A DNA stretch of 59,801 nucleotides, the filler included, from Platydemus manokwari (lineage: Eukaryota), in the NCBI GenBank assembly GCA_037951405.1. It is 4 parts of 4 records of this genome, joined end to end, with 100 filler letters (N's around TTAATTAATTAA, not from the genome) between each part and the next. Parts side by side here need not be neighbours in the genome. Positions count along the whole stretch, not along the records: positions 13,371 to 28,170 come from JBBMOY011390314.1; 3 more parts are not named here. One strand, written 5' to 3'. The notes beneath the pieces are model-generated. The model ran no database searches, was not told the origin of the DNA, and worked only from the letters and a program-made list of their open reading frames with translations. Of this stretch, positions 14,241-26,030 are shown piece after piece. How positions within the stretch are numbered: position 1 is the first letter of the stretch; each line of letters starts with the position of its first letter. Position numbers and translations under genes: made by a program.

Positions 14241-15139
14241 CTTAACTATTCGCAGCTTTTCAATTTCAATTTTCAATTTAATCAATTTATCAATTTGCAA
14301 CTTAAATTTATCTATTTTAACTCGCAGCTTTTTCAAATTTATTGTAATTATCTTTCTCGAGACACCAATTATGATTAACACAAATTCTATTCTCACTAGG
14401 GTTACCAGTTGATGTTTATTATTCGACATTCAAATTTCTCAATTATTTTAAACCAATTTTATCCTCTCTCGTGGCAACAGTTGAAGTTTATTTCACTAGT
14501 TTTATTAAATTTTTAAACCAAATTTCTCCTCTCTCGGGAACCAATTTGAGCTTATTATTGCACTACTAACTTTTTGATGATTATAAACCAATTTATTCCT
14601 CAAACGGGGGTTCACAATTTTAATAATTTTTAAACAAGATTTTTCCTCACTCGGGTTACCAGTTGTTGCGTTTTGGGGTCCTCGTGTTTGTTTTAATTGA
14701 ATCGATTCCACGACTTAATCAGTGCTCTGAGTCCGTTATCGACCCTCAGGTAGCAGTCAAACCTTATGATTTTTAAGTATTTGTTCACCTCGACGATTAC
14801 TTCTTATATGACGATAAGCGAATCGACGTAGAAATCAATATTTGTATTTTAACTTTATCTTTCTGATTTTAATACTACTTTCCTCACTCGTTTTATCAGT
14901 CTATATTTTATTCTCTCAACAAAATTATTCCCAAATAAGTGATGAATGATAGTGATATTCACTATATGAATTTATGATACCTTATATCGAATAACAATTC
15001 AACAAGTCAACTTATTTTTGGTTATGAATTTTTATTGTGATTACAATTATACAACAAGTACTACTTTTATAGAATTATCAGCTATAAATTACTACTTTTA
15101 CTATGCAATTATAAACACATACGATATGTTTAAATACTA

Positions 15140-15350
15140 CTTATATACACTCAAACGCTGGATTAATTCGATGTGCAAATTCAATGAAAGCAGATGTTGG
15201 ACAAAACAGTTGCCCTTCGTGCTATTGGGTCAGTGTCCGTTTCTTCAGAGTTTTCTCAAAATGGGCTTAGTGATTTCGAAATAGGGCGAAATTGTGAGAT
15301 TTTAACCTCCAGTTTATATGACTTGTGAGCTGGGTTTTATTCGTCACGCT
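15140..15350 (+). mobile_element. Fragment of LTR-retrotransposon integrase core
   Basis: TLKRWINSMCKFNESRCWTKQLPFVLLG resembles the integrase helix pattern TLK...W...LP.VLLG of Gypsy elements. Confidence 0.5.
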
Positions 15351-15759
15351 TTTATGGAAAAAACTGGATACATTTATCTTAATTCTCAAAAGATTAACCA
15401 TAAATTTTTAAAAATAAAAATTCTCCTATAGATTGTCGATATAAATAATATAATATGTTAAATTATTGTCTCATAAAATCCTTGAAGTTTCATCATTTAT
15501 CTTTTATAATTGTTTCCGTGTCATTATGATTATAATAATAATTATCATTATTTTCATAATTATTTTATCCAGAAGTCATATTAATAAGAAAATTATTCAT
15601 AAAAAATCTAATTCAGAATAAAACGTTACAAATTATCAAGCAGAAAAATAAAATTGATACATTTATACTATGTTTCACATTAAAACGCTTGTACAGCCAA
15701 TCTAAAATAAATGATAACCGCATAAATAGATAATTCGCATAGTATAGATTTCTCTTGTT

Positions 15760-16450
15760 TGATGAAATATTTGCAGCTATTGTGAGTTGAACCGCAATTG
15801 GGATATTGTATCATTTTTCCAGTGTGTATGTCAGAGGTTCAATCATATTGTCTTAACTCCATGATGTAGTCTGATATTTCGACAATGTGAAATATGTGTT
15901 CACCGTGTCTAGTTTTTCTTCGATCAATAGATTTTCCATCTGCTTGAATTTTCCCGCCACATGTAATTGTTTCTGCTAGGATTTTTCCTATTTGTGCTGT
16001 GAGGGTTCACTATCAATTCTGAGTTTTGAATGAGATGTTGATACTCCTGGGTATCGGTTTAGCATCACGTACGTAGGCTTGACTAAACACTCCGCAATAG
16101 TATTTGAAAACTGGCTTTGTGTGCAGTAAAACTCCATTTCTTGGTAAACGTAGTAGAATTCCTTTGGTCCTCGTTACACTTTGTTTAATCGTAATGTGGG
16201 ACATTCCATTAAGCCCACTAGTGAGAAAATCATAGAAAGTTTGAGTTTACCACAGTCGAATGTGGTTAGAATAGACGTCTTTCCCATTAGATTACATGTC
16301 AAAATAACTTTGATGAGAGTATTTAGAAATCCTTCATAAAGAATTGATTCTTATTTGTCCGCGATGCAGATAGGATTTTACTAGCTAAAAGTGTGCTAGC
16401 AACTTTGGCTCAGGCATAGGCGATACCGTCCCTTGTAATTTCGTTTATTG
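15760..16450 (-). mobile_element. Possible degenerate gag relic
   Basis: A stop-ridden block that is GC-richer than its flanks and ends in a zinc-knuckle-like PNCGSTHNSCKY (~15770-15805). Confidence 0.3.
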
Positions 16451-17433
16451 TCATTTTATTTCCCGTACTGTTATGATCGTGTAGTGACTGTTTTAAACGC
16501 GACAAATATAGGATTTTGAGAAAATTATGTGGTTATATTATTGATATATTGATATTGAAAATAATTATTATCTATAAATATATGTAAAATAATAATAATA
16601 GTTTATATCTTATTATCGAGTCTTTTTCTCAAAAATCTTAAAAGATAAACGGTTTTTCTCCAAGTATTAACCGTCTCTTTACCCATGAGTTGTTAAGCAT
16701 CGTTATAAGTTGATGTATAGAGAAGAAGGAACATCAACATATGGTAGATTACATCTGTGGCCATAATGAAGAGCTCATAGAGACTAATTAAGACAATGGT
16801 GGTATCAAACAACAATAATCTTAATAAAACAATAAACTCAATAAAGCCCGTACGTAACATGGATATTATGAACGAAATGATATACAAAATGTTTAGATAT
16901 AAATAAATAATAAAATAATTCTATTAATAAGATATAATAATTATTACAAGTAATACATTAATTGTCAAATACCGAAATAAAAATTAAAATCTGATCACAA
17001 TTTAATAAGACACAATGATTATATAACAATTGTTTAGATAAATGACCGGGTGGAAAAAATATGTTGATAATTAATTAGAATTTCTATTATTTCTATTAAA
17101 TAAATTTAATAACTACATTTCAAGTATAAACTAAATAATTTTAATTTCAATTCAAATGTTAAGTTATAATTAAATATATTTTAATAATTTTGACTTAATG
17201 AATATAGTTAACTTTCTGCAGTGTGTCAAGACATTAATCTGAATGTTTACAAGAAAAGAAAATGATAAGTAACTTGCATATAAATTTTTTATACTCATAA
17301 ATTTTGTATGTTTGCTGATTATTCATGTTTGAAAAAATTATATTAATAATCAAAATTTTTGTGAAATTTAACGCTACTTTGTTTAAATAATAATTTTTTA
17401 AGATTTATTTTGAAAATATAGTTATATCGTGAA

Positions 17434-20400
17434 ATGGATTTTTTAGATATATTTGACCAACCTGACTTATCTGATAAAACCAAGAAAGAAAAGTGAGATT
17501 AATAAAAATGTGATATTGTATGACGAGTCATGATAAATATAGTGTGAATAGTAATGAGCGAAAAAGAAAATTAGATGATTTTTTGGAAGCATTTGTTGAT
17601 AAGGCTGATGTTAATGAAGAAAAGAAAGTTAAACTTGATGTCCCAGAATTTAAAAATCCATTGGATAATATAATATTAAAATCAATTCCTACAAAAAATT
17701 GTACGCACGAAGTTGTTTATCCGAATAGCTACAAATATAAACCATTAAAACCTAGAAATCCAACCCCAGCAAAGCAATTTAGTTTTACCCTTGATGCTTT
17801 TCAAAATCAAGCTGTTCAGTGCATTGAGAATAATCAAACGGTTTTGGTTTCAGCCCACACTTCAGCTGGTAAGACTGTTTGTGCTAGGTAATATTTAAAT
17901 TGTATTTATAATTTTTTCATTAAAGTAACAATAGTAATCTATGGTGATGTTTAACTAATTTTAAAATTTTAATCATAATATTTGTAATATACATGTATTA
18001 ATATTTAGCTATACAATTGCATTATGCATTAAAGAAAAAAGAAGAGTTATATATACAACTCCTATTAAGGCTTTAAGTAATCAAAAATATCGTGAATTTA
18101 AAGAAGAATTTGAAGATGTCGGTTTACTTACTGGTGATGTCTCTATTGATGGCAATGCCAGTGTTCTTATAATGACAACGGAAATTTTACGACTGATGTT
18201 GTATCGCAATAGTTCAATTCTTAAAGAAGTTGGTTGGGTAATTTTTGATGAAATCCATTATATGAGAGATAAATCTCGTGGTGTTGTTTGGGAAGAGTCA
18301 ATTATATTGTTGCCACCTACACTGAGAATGGTTTTTCTTAGTGCAACTATTCCTAACGCACGTCAGTTTGCTCAATGGATTGCTCATCTTCATAAAAGTC
18401 CCTGCAATGTGATATATACTGATTATCGTCCAACACCGTTACAACATTACATATATCCAAATGGAGCAGATAGAATTTATCAAGTTGTCAATGAAAAGAG
18501 CGAATTTCTCGATGATTATTTCAATGAAGCCATGGCAGTATTGCGAAAGACCGGTGATAATGCCAAATCTGATATGAAAAATGTTGGCAAACGGGGTGGA
18601 GTAAAGGCAGTTGAAAGTCATTGTGAAACACTTATTCGAAAAGTTTTCCAAATGAAAAAAGATCCCGTCATTGTTTTTTCATTTGCCAAACGTCATTGTG
18701 AACAATATGCAAGAAATCTCAGCAAATTGGATTATACAACAAGTTTGGAACAACATTTTTTCTGTTATAGACTAAACGTTTGACTGCCATTTTTTATCAA
18801 TAGAGAAAGAAAAGGAAAGTATTGATTTAATATTTGAAAATGCTCGAAACACGTTACCAGAAACTGATCGAAATATGCCTCAATTAGATTCTATGCTCAA
18901 TTTAGTGAGAAGAGGAATTGGAATTCATCACGGTGGTTTATTGCCAGTATTGAAGGAGATCGTTGAGATTCTTTTCGGTGAAGGACTTGTCAAATGTTTA
19001 TTTGCTACTGAAACATTTTCAATGGGTTTAAATATGCCTGCCAAAACCGTTATTTTTACAGCAATAACAAAATTTGATGGTGTTCGACAGAGATTGGTAA
19101 ACATATCTGCCTATATGGATGTGTGATGGATTGTGATTAATGATGATTAATTGATTTCAGATTACATCTGGTGAATATATTCAAATGTCTGGTCGAGCAG
19201 GTCGTCGAGGTCTGGATACAAATGGTAATGTGATAATGATGCTGGAACAAACAATCAAGAATGAAGATGCCAAACAAGTGATCAAAGGCGACACGGAACC
19301 ATTGAATTCATCATTTCATTTAACATATAACATGATTCTCAATCTCATGCGTGTCGAAACCATCAATCCAGAATTTCTCATGGAGCGAAGCTTTTTCCAA
19401 TTTCAAAATTTCTCCGAGTTGCCCAATCTGATGAAAAGTTTGATTGGCTATTTTGATAATCGATAATTAATATATGGGATATTGAAACAGATTTGGAAGA
19501 GAAAGAGAAAGAATTGCGAGAAATAACATTATCGAATGATGATTATTTATCAATCAAATCATATTATCGATTGGAGAAATCATTGAATACGATTCGAGAA
19601 GAAATGTGGACATCAATTAGAAAGGAACATCTTTATCGACCATTTCTCATTCCCGGTCGATTGGTTCATGTAAATATAATTGATTATATATTAATGGAAA
19701 TATTATCGATTGATTATATATTATTAGAAATATTATCAATAGATTATATATTATTAGAAATATTATCAATAGATTATATATTATGAGAAATATTATCGAT
19801 TGATTATATATTAAGAAAAATATCATTTGATTATATATTATAAGAAATATTATTAATTAATTTTATATTAGAAAAATTCTCATTTGATTATATATTATAA
19901 TATATATCAATTATATTTTATATATTATAAGAAATATTATTAATTGATTATATATTAAGAAATTATATATTATATTATTAGAAAAATTCTCATTTGATTA
20001 TATATTATGAGAATTATTATCATTTGATTATATATTATGAGAAATATTATCGATTGATTATATTCAGGTGAAATATGGTGATAATGATTTCGGATGGTGC
20101 ATTGTTTTATCGAAATTGCAAGGCAATAAATTCAAATCATTCTTTATTGAATGCCTTGTACCTGTTGGACATGAGAGTGTATTTGCTAAAGAATTATCCA
20201 TGGCAATACCATTAGCAAAACATGATCATCACACTCGATCTGATGGCATTATATTGAATATTGAATTGAAATATCTATTTGAGATGTCATCAGCTGTTAT
20301 CAATGGATGTACAGAACAATTAATCAATAATTTGAAAAATAATGATGAATCGAGAAAGGAATATTTGATGAAAAGAAATACCATTATTAGCAAAATGGGT

Positions 20401-21922
20401 TCGATACCGTTGATGGATTTGAAGAAGGATTTGAAATGTAAACATGGTGATCTATCAAAATTTGAAACGGTAATTCATGATATATTTATATGTATCGATT
20501 AATTATTGATTATATTTAATTAATGATATCAGTTTATTGGTATATTTATGAATTATATCGATTAGATATTATTTATGAATTATATCGATCGAATATTGTT
20601 TATATTGATTAATTATATATTGATTATATATGGAGGCTAATCTCGATTTCATTTGTGGACATTTATTATTGATTTTTATAATGTTTTCAAAACTTTTTAT
20701 CAAATCGCATAGTGTCGTGGTCAGCAACAGGCATTTACGATTAATTTAATATTGATATCGATTAAATAATCCTTAAATAAACTATTATTTTTTTATTAAT
20801 TTTCATTAATTACTTAAACTGCATTAATTTATTGATGTATTGTTGCAGTTATTGATTTTTACTGTTTCTTTATTAATTATTTAAATAAAATCAATTTTAC
20901 AAATTAACTTATAAGTTATTTATATATAATTTTTCATTCAAATATTGATAATATCTATAAATAAATTCTTGATATTTGAAAACTACTGACTAATTTATAA
21001 GTAATTCATATATATTTGATAATATTGACCCAATTATAGAAAATCACAGATTTACAAAGCCAAATTGAAAGTCATCCCATGCACAAAAACCACAAATCAG
21101 CAGATATGATCAATTTCTATCACAAAAAACTCGATGTAAAATCATTGATTATTATTTCATTCTCATCTCTTTCATCTCTTTTTCCATTTATTGACAGTTT
21201 GAAGCCAATATTGAGCGATTACAAGCAGAAATCACCAAACGTATATCACTGATTAAAATGGACGAATTGAAATCTCGAAAGAGAATTTTGCGCCGATTTA
21301 AATTCTGTAATGATGCTGACGTAATCGAAACCAAAGGGCGAATTGCTTGTGAAATCTCCACTGGTGACGAATTGATGTTGACGGAATTGTTACTGAATGG
21401 CGATTTGTCAAACATTTCCGAACAACAATTGGTGGCTTTCTTGTCGTGTTTTGTATTTGATGAACAGTTATTGGAAATTATCGAACCGCAACCAGATCTG
21501 CAGAAAACATTGGAAAGAATGCGCGATCTTGCCAGACATATCAGTCGTGTGAGCAAAGAATGCCGATTGGACGTTTTCCCGACATCAAATGAGGAGGATT
21601 ACGTTGCGAGCTTTAAATTGGGGCTCGTCGAAATAGTGAGAGCTTGGGCCAAAGGGTCGAGTTTTATCAAATTGTGCGACAACACTCAGATTTATGAAGG
21701 CAGCATCATCAGATCTATCAGACGATTGGATGAATTATTGGGCCAATTATATGAGGCTGCTCGAGTTATCGGTAATATCCAATTGGAGAAGAAATTCATT
21801 GAAGGTTTGACATGAGATTATTTCGGTGATGGCAATTATTGATTTTTTCATTTTCAGCATCAAATTTAATCAAAAGAGGAATCATTTTCGCTTCCAGCCT
21901 TTATCTTGCAACTGGCAGTTAA
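17434..21922 (+). CDS. MTREX: Exosome RNA helicase MTR4 (SKIV2L2/MTREX family), 10 exons, 1018 aa
   Basis: join(17434-17492,17543-17887,18009-18742,18804-19096,19161-19437,19491-19669,20068-20469,21040-21135,21198-21804,21858-21922) = 3057 nt, all introns GT-AG, frame continuous. Motifs: N-terminal [57 protein letters not shown], arch/KOW PGRLV..DFGW, ratchet [16 protein letters not shown]-terminal [13 protein letters not shown]. Confidence 0.96.
19676..20063. repeat. ~30-bp AT-rich minisatellite filling MTR4 intron 6
   Basis: Unit TGATTATATATTATTAGAAATATTATC(G/A)AT, roughly a dozen progressively degenerate copies between the donor at 19670 and the acceptor at 20067. Confidence 0.92.
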
Positions 21923-21950
21923 TTATTTTATCTTTTATAAAATCAATATG

Positions 21951-21960
21951 AATAAATAAA
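21951..21960 (+). terminator. Polyadenylation signal of MTR4 (overlapping AATAAA x2)
   Basis: AATAAATAAA about 30 nt after the stop, followed by GT/T-rich sequence. Confidence 0.6.
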
Positions 21961-22399
21961 TATTTATTGATTTTATTGTGATTTGGTTTCTGTGATTTAT
22001 TGGATAACGATATCGATTTTTTATATTTGTTAGAGTTGACATTGTTATACAGGCAATTATATTGATGACGTAACATTGTACAGTGTTGCGTTGAGTTGGA
22101 TTTTCATTTAATCAATCAATAGTTATTAAAATGCTAACCGTACATCATTATTGATTATCTGGATAAGTAGAAATGGGCTTGTTATTTGATGTATTAATTA
22201 CCAATTACAAACTGGCTTAACCACTTCGTAATCATATTTCTTGTAAACAATATCAGTTTAATTGATTTTTAAATGTCGATTGTTTGTGTATGATTTAATT
22301 ATGGTTCTATATAAGGGACTTCATTAAGGTGAAATGAAGATGAATTATTATTATTTTATTTTACTGAAAGATGAACGTGAAATCCAATGTCATTGAGAA

Positions 22400-23220
22400 T
22401 ATTCTGCTTTGATTTCGTAGAGGTTGATATCTGAGTTGAGATATTTTAGCTTCACCATATCGTTAGCCATTATCATCATCAATGTCATCTTTATTCATAG
22501 CATTCTCAATCGCATTCTTATAATCATCATCTTTAACGTCGGTAATCCTTATGAAGTGAACAGCAAAAAACTAAAATTATTTGAAGGTTCACCAATCGAT
22601 TGTGCTGCTAATAGACACACCGGTTCTCCGAGGTCAACACGAGAAATTATCGATTTGATAGCTATAATCTTATCCAGAGAATCATTATCATCAGAGAATT
22701 CTTGAAAGCAATTGCGCAAATATTTCTTGTACAAATCGATATTTCTCATTTTCATATACCGGAAATTCGATTGAGTTATGACAATCAATTTGATTACATT
22801 CAATCCATTGTAACCATATCGTCAAAGCACAGCTTTTACTTTCGATTTCAATAACTCTCAACCCGATGGTGATTTTGTGACTTTGAACATGGTATTGAAC
22901 ATGGATTATAAATTATTGATTGGAAATTTTTACCCGGATATTTTTCTTGTAAGCGGTACCGAAACGATTGATATAATGCAAGGTGATTTATTTAAAATTG
23001 ACATCAATATCAGATATTTTGTTTCGGAATTCATCACTCTTTTTGAATTAAGCTTTCTCCATCAATTTGACGTCTTGATAATTCATTTAAAATGCTTTAG
23101 CTATCGATGTCAATTCTGCGCTTGTAATCTTATTCATAATATTGTCTGGTTCTTTGGAGAGTTCATTGGGAAATATTGTGGGTTATGGTGCCTGAGTTTA
23201 AATATTATGTTGGGATTTTC
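22400..23220 (-). pseudogene. POLR1A: Fragmented pseudogene of the RNA polymerase I largest subunit (RPA1)
   Basis: Collinear remnants on the minus strand: ISDIDVNFK*ITLHYIN and LQEKYPGKNFQSII (cf. IDLKFKEEVNHYSN...QFPENSLQ), AVL*RYGYNGLNVIK (cf. QFLYGEDGLD), [21 protein letters not shown] (cf. [22 protein letters not shown], the Pol I-type wording), then an Asp-rich tract. Stops, frameshifts and large internal deletions are present. Confidence 0.8.
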
Positions 23221-23799
23221 TGAACAATTAACTTATCGCTGACTCCAAAATTAGAAGGCTAAAAATTGATTTTAATTGCGTAACACTCTAAGTTAATAAT
23301 TTCGTAAGATTAATTGATTTGCTGTAACTGAAAGCCTTCAGTTTAATATTTGCTCATAATCGACAAAGAACTTCATAAATAAGTGCTTCTGTTACAACTT
23401 TATTTTAAATTTCTCTTGTCAATGCATAGATTGTCAAAAGAGAATCGGTCCATCCGAAATCATGATGAAGGTTGATCAAAAATGCGATTTTCCACGAATA
23501 TCATCTATCCGATGTCAGACCATTAATAATTACGTTTTCATTAAATTCATCTAATGCGAACACTTTAGAAATATTTTTATGTAAGAGTCAATTTTGAATA
23601 GTTCCTCGATTGCGACTCATATGTCCAAATAATATGAGTGTAGGAAGAATAAACTTTTAGTCCTTCAATTAATTCAATTTCTAATTTCGATAGAATCATT
23701 GGTGTTATTGTGTGATCAATATTAAATAAAATTATAAGGTAAATGAAGTATAATAAACTGCATTACTTTTTGACTCACAGCGCAATGGATATTGATAAT

Positions 23800-25290
23800 C
23801 ATCTACTTCAGACACTTTTTTATAACGATTGACGTAAATGACGACATTTTTCTCTTTTAGCAGTTTTATTTTCTATTTTCTTGGGATTGTATCACAAACA
23901 ACATATGGGCTTTTATATGGCCTGTTTAATTTCAGAGATAATTTCTGGTCGAAAGAGATAAACTAAGTCCCCTGTTTTCATTTTATGTTCATGTGCTTTT
24001 TGACCATAAGTGACTTTATATTGTTACTGTGTATATGTTATTTTTAAACTAGATTTCGGCCAAAAACAGTGCAATCTCTTCTTTTAATAGCGATTTATAA
24101 TCAGCTGTTTCCATATACTGCTTTACAGATTCCTGATAATTCAAATCTATAACCATATTGTTTCGTCGTAAATACATTAAATCAAATGATGTTTCTTATG
24201 TCGCTTTTTCGCGTGCATTTCTATTGTGTATATCCAAAGGTTAATATACAGATCTTAATCTCTTTGAGTTCATCCAGTATACGGTGATAACATATTGATT
24301 AAAGTATCATTGGACCTTTGCACTAGTCCATCTGCTTGCAGATGATACGGTTATATGTTTAGTTTCAAAATCCCGAACAGATCCTATGTATGTCTGAATA
24401 GTTCACTTGGAAAGTTGGTACCGCAGCCAGTTAATATTTTCTTAGAGTCCCTAAACGAAAAACTATATTTTCAACAAACACATACCACTGTTTCAGCTTT
24501 TGATTTTTAATCACAAAGGCCTCCAGCCATTTTGTCAAGTAATCGTAAAATACAAGAATATATTTATTGCCATTTATAGTTTTCGGAAATGGACCAACTA
24601 TGTCCATGGCTGTCATTTCCGTGGATGCAGAAGGTACTGGCATGGGTATCAATGGTGCTTTAATCCGTACTCCAGTATTTCGTCTGGTTATGCATATTTT
24701 GCAAGATTTACACCAGGACTTATCATCCTTTTCCATTTTAACACAGTAATATTTAGATTTTAGACTAGATAATGTCTTTCTAGAGGATAAATAATCCCCT
24801 AATGATATTGGATGAGTAAAATATGTTCAAGTTTTTCAGGTACTACTAATAATATATCTTTTTCAACATAATATTTTAATAACTCCTTATGTATAAAATA
24901 TCCGGGTTGCATTCACTGTTTTGAGTCTACACCGCAAACGAGTTTTCCCAATGATATTTTAATTATTTTAATTTCAATACCATTTTCTTTATCTATAAAT
25001 TTATTCATACACTAGACGTCTTTTACTGCCTTTAAGATAGTACAAAGGGATTTTCTGTCATCATTTTCATCTTCTAAAGTTCGCGACAGTGTATCCGCGT
25101 TGGCATTCGATATTTCAGACCTATGCCTAATTTCAATATTGTACGATTGGAGCGTAATGACCCACCTAATTAATCTACTAGCAACATCTCAATGATTTAT
25201 AAGCCATTTTAGGCGGTTATGATCCGAATATAATATAATTTTATGTCCTAATAAATATTGTTGAAAGTGTGTTACCGAAAGTAGTTATAT
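23800..25290 (-). mobile_element. Degenerate Ty3/Gypsy pol (RNase H + integrase)
   Basis: RNase H HFQQYLLGHKIILYSDHNRLKWL...RLIRWVITLQSYNIEIRHR...NANADTLSR (~25080-25280). Integrase CKSCKIC...AMDIVGPFPKTINGNKYILVFYDYLTKWLEAF (ORF 24431-24736). GPY/F-like KLNRPYKSPYVV (~23900-23935). Confidence 0.92.
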
Positions 25291-25849
25291 ACATCAGTTT
25301 TTGAATCCAACATTCTCAAATACTCACGCACCCTTACTAGATCCTTTTTGAAAATTACGGCGTCAAAAGACTGGTGTGTATAACTACTATATGTATGATT
25401 TAAATAAATTATATTTTTTTAATCAATAAATAAAAATCCTATGAAAAAATAATCTTAAAATTGAACGCACAAAATTTCCAAATTTGTGACAACATTTAAA
25501 ATTATTCAAGCTTTAAAAGCACTCGAAAAACCTAAGAAGCATGTTGTAGATTTAAATGAAAATAATAATGGTAATAATAATAAAATAATAAATCCATACA
25601 ATACCCCATTAAATTTCGTACAATTTGATATATGATTTATTAAAATCGGTCCAGCTGATCAAAATTTGAAAATGATACTTAAATCATTTCCAAATATGTG
25701 CTAGGTTCAATTAAACCTTAACAATAGCATAACACATAATCATGTTTACAATTTTCAATTTTATTGATGAAAATTTAAATTATCGAGAAAATGAGTACGT
25801 TTGTAGAAACTTGCATCTGTCACCGCGTTTGTATGTACAATCTCAATTA

Positions 25850-25867
25850 ATATTATTATCATCAATA

Positions 25868-25900
<33 letters not shown>

Positions 25901-26030
25901 TAGCATTACATTATTATTATTATTACTAGTATTTTATTATTATTAATATTATTACAAGTATTTTATTATTATTATTATTATTACTAGTATTTTATTATTA
26001 TTATTATTATTATTACTTATTAATAGTATT
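25850..26030. repeat. Compound (ATT)n microsatellite with a higher-order ~27-30 bp unit containing ACTAGTATTT
   Basis: Directly visible. Confidence 0.9.

Noticed and set aside
17434-21922. Assignment of the helicase to cytoplasmic SKI2/SKIV2L
   Set aside because: The short N-terminus with D(L/I)FD motif, the CTHEV motif, the [14 protein letters not shown] and ERSFFQFQN segments and the ~1020-aa length fit MTR4.
22877-23242. 121-aa plus-strand hydrophobic ORF
   Set aside because: Lies antisense to the RPA1 relic and has a non-ATG start; no family motif.
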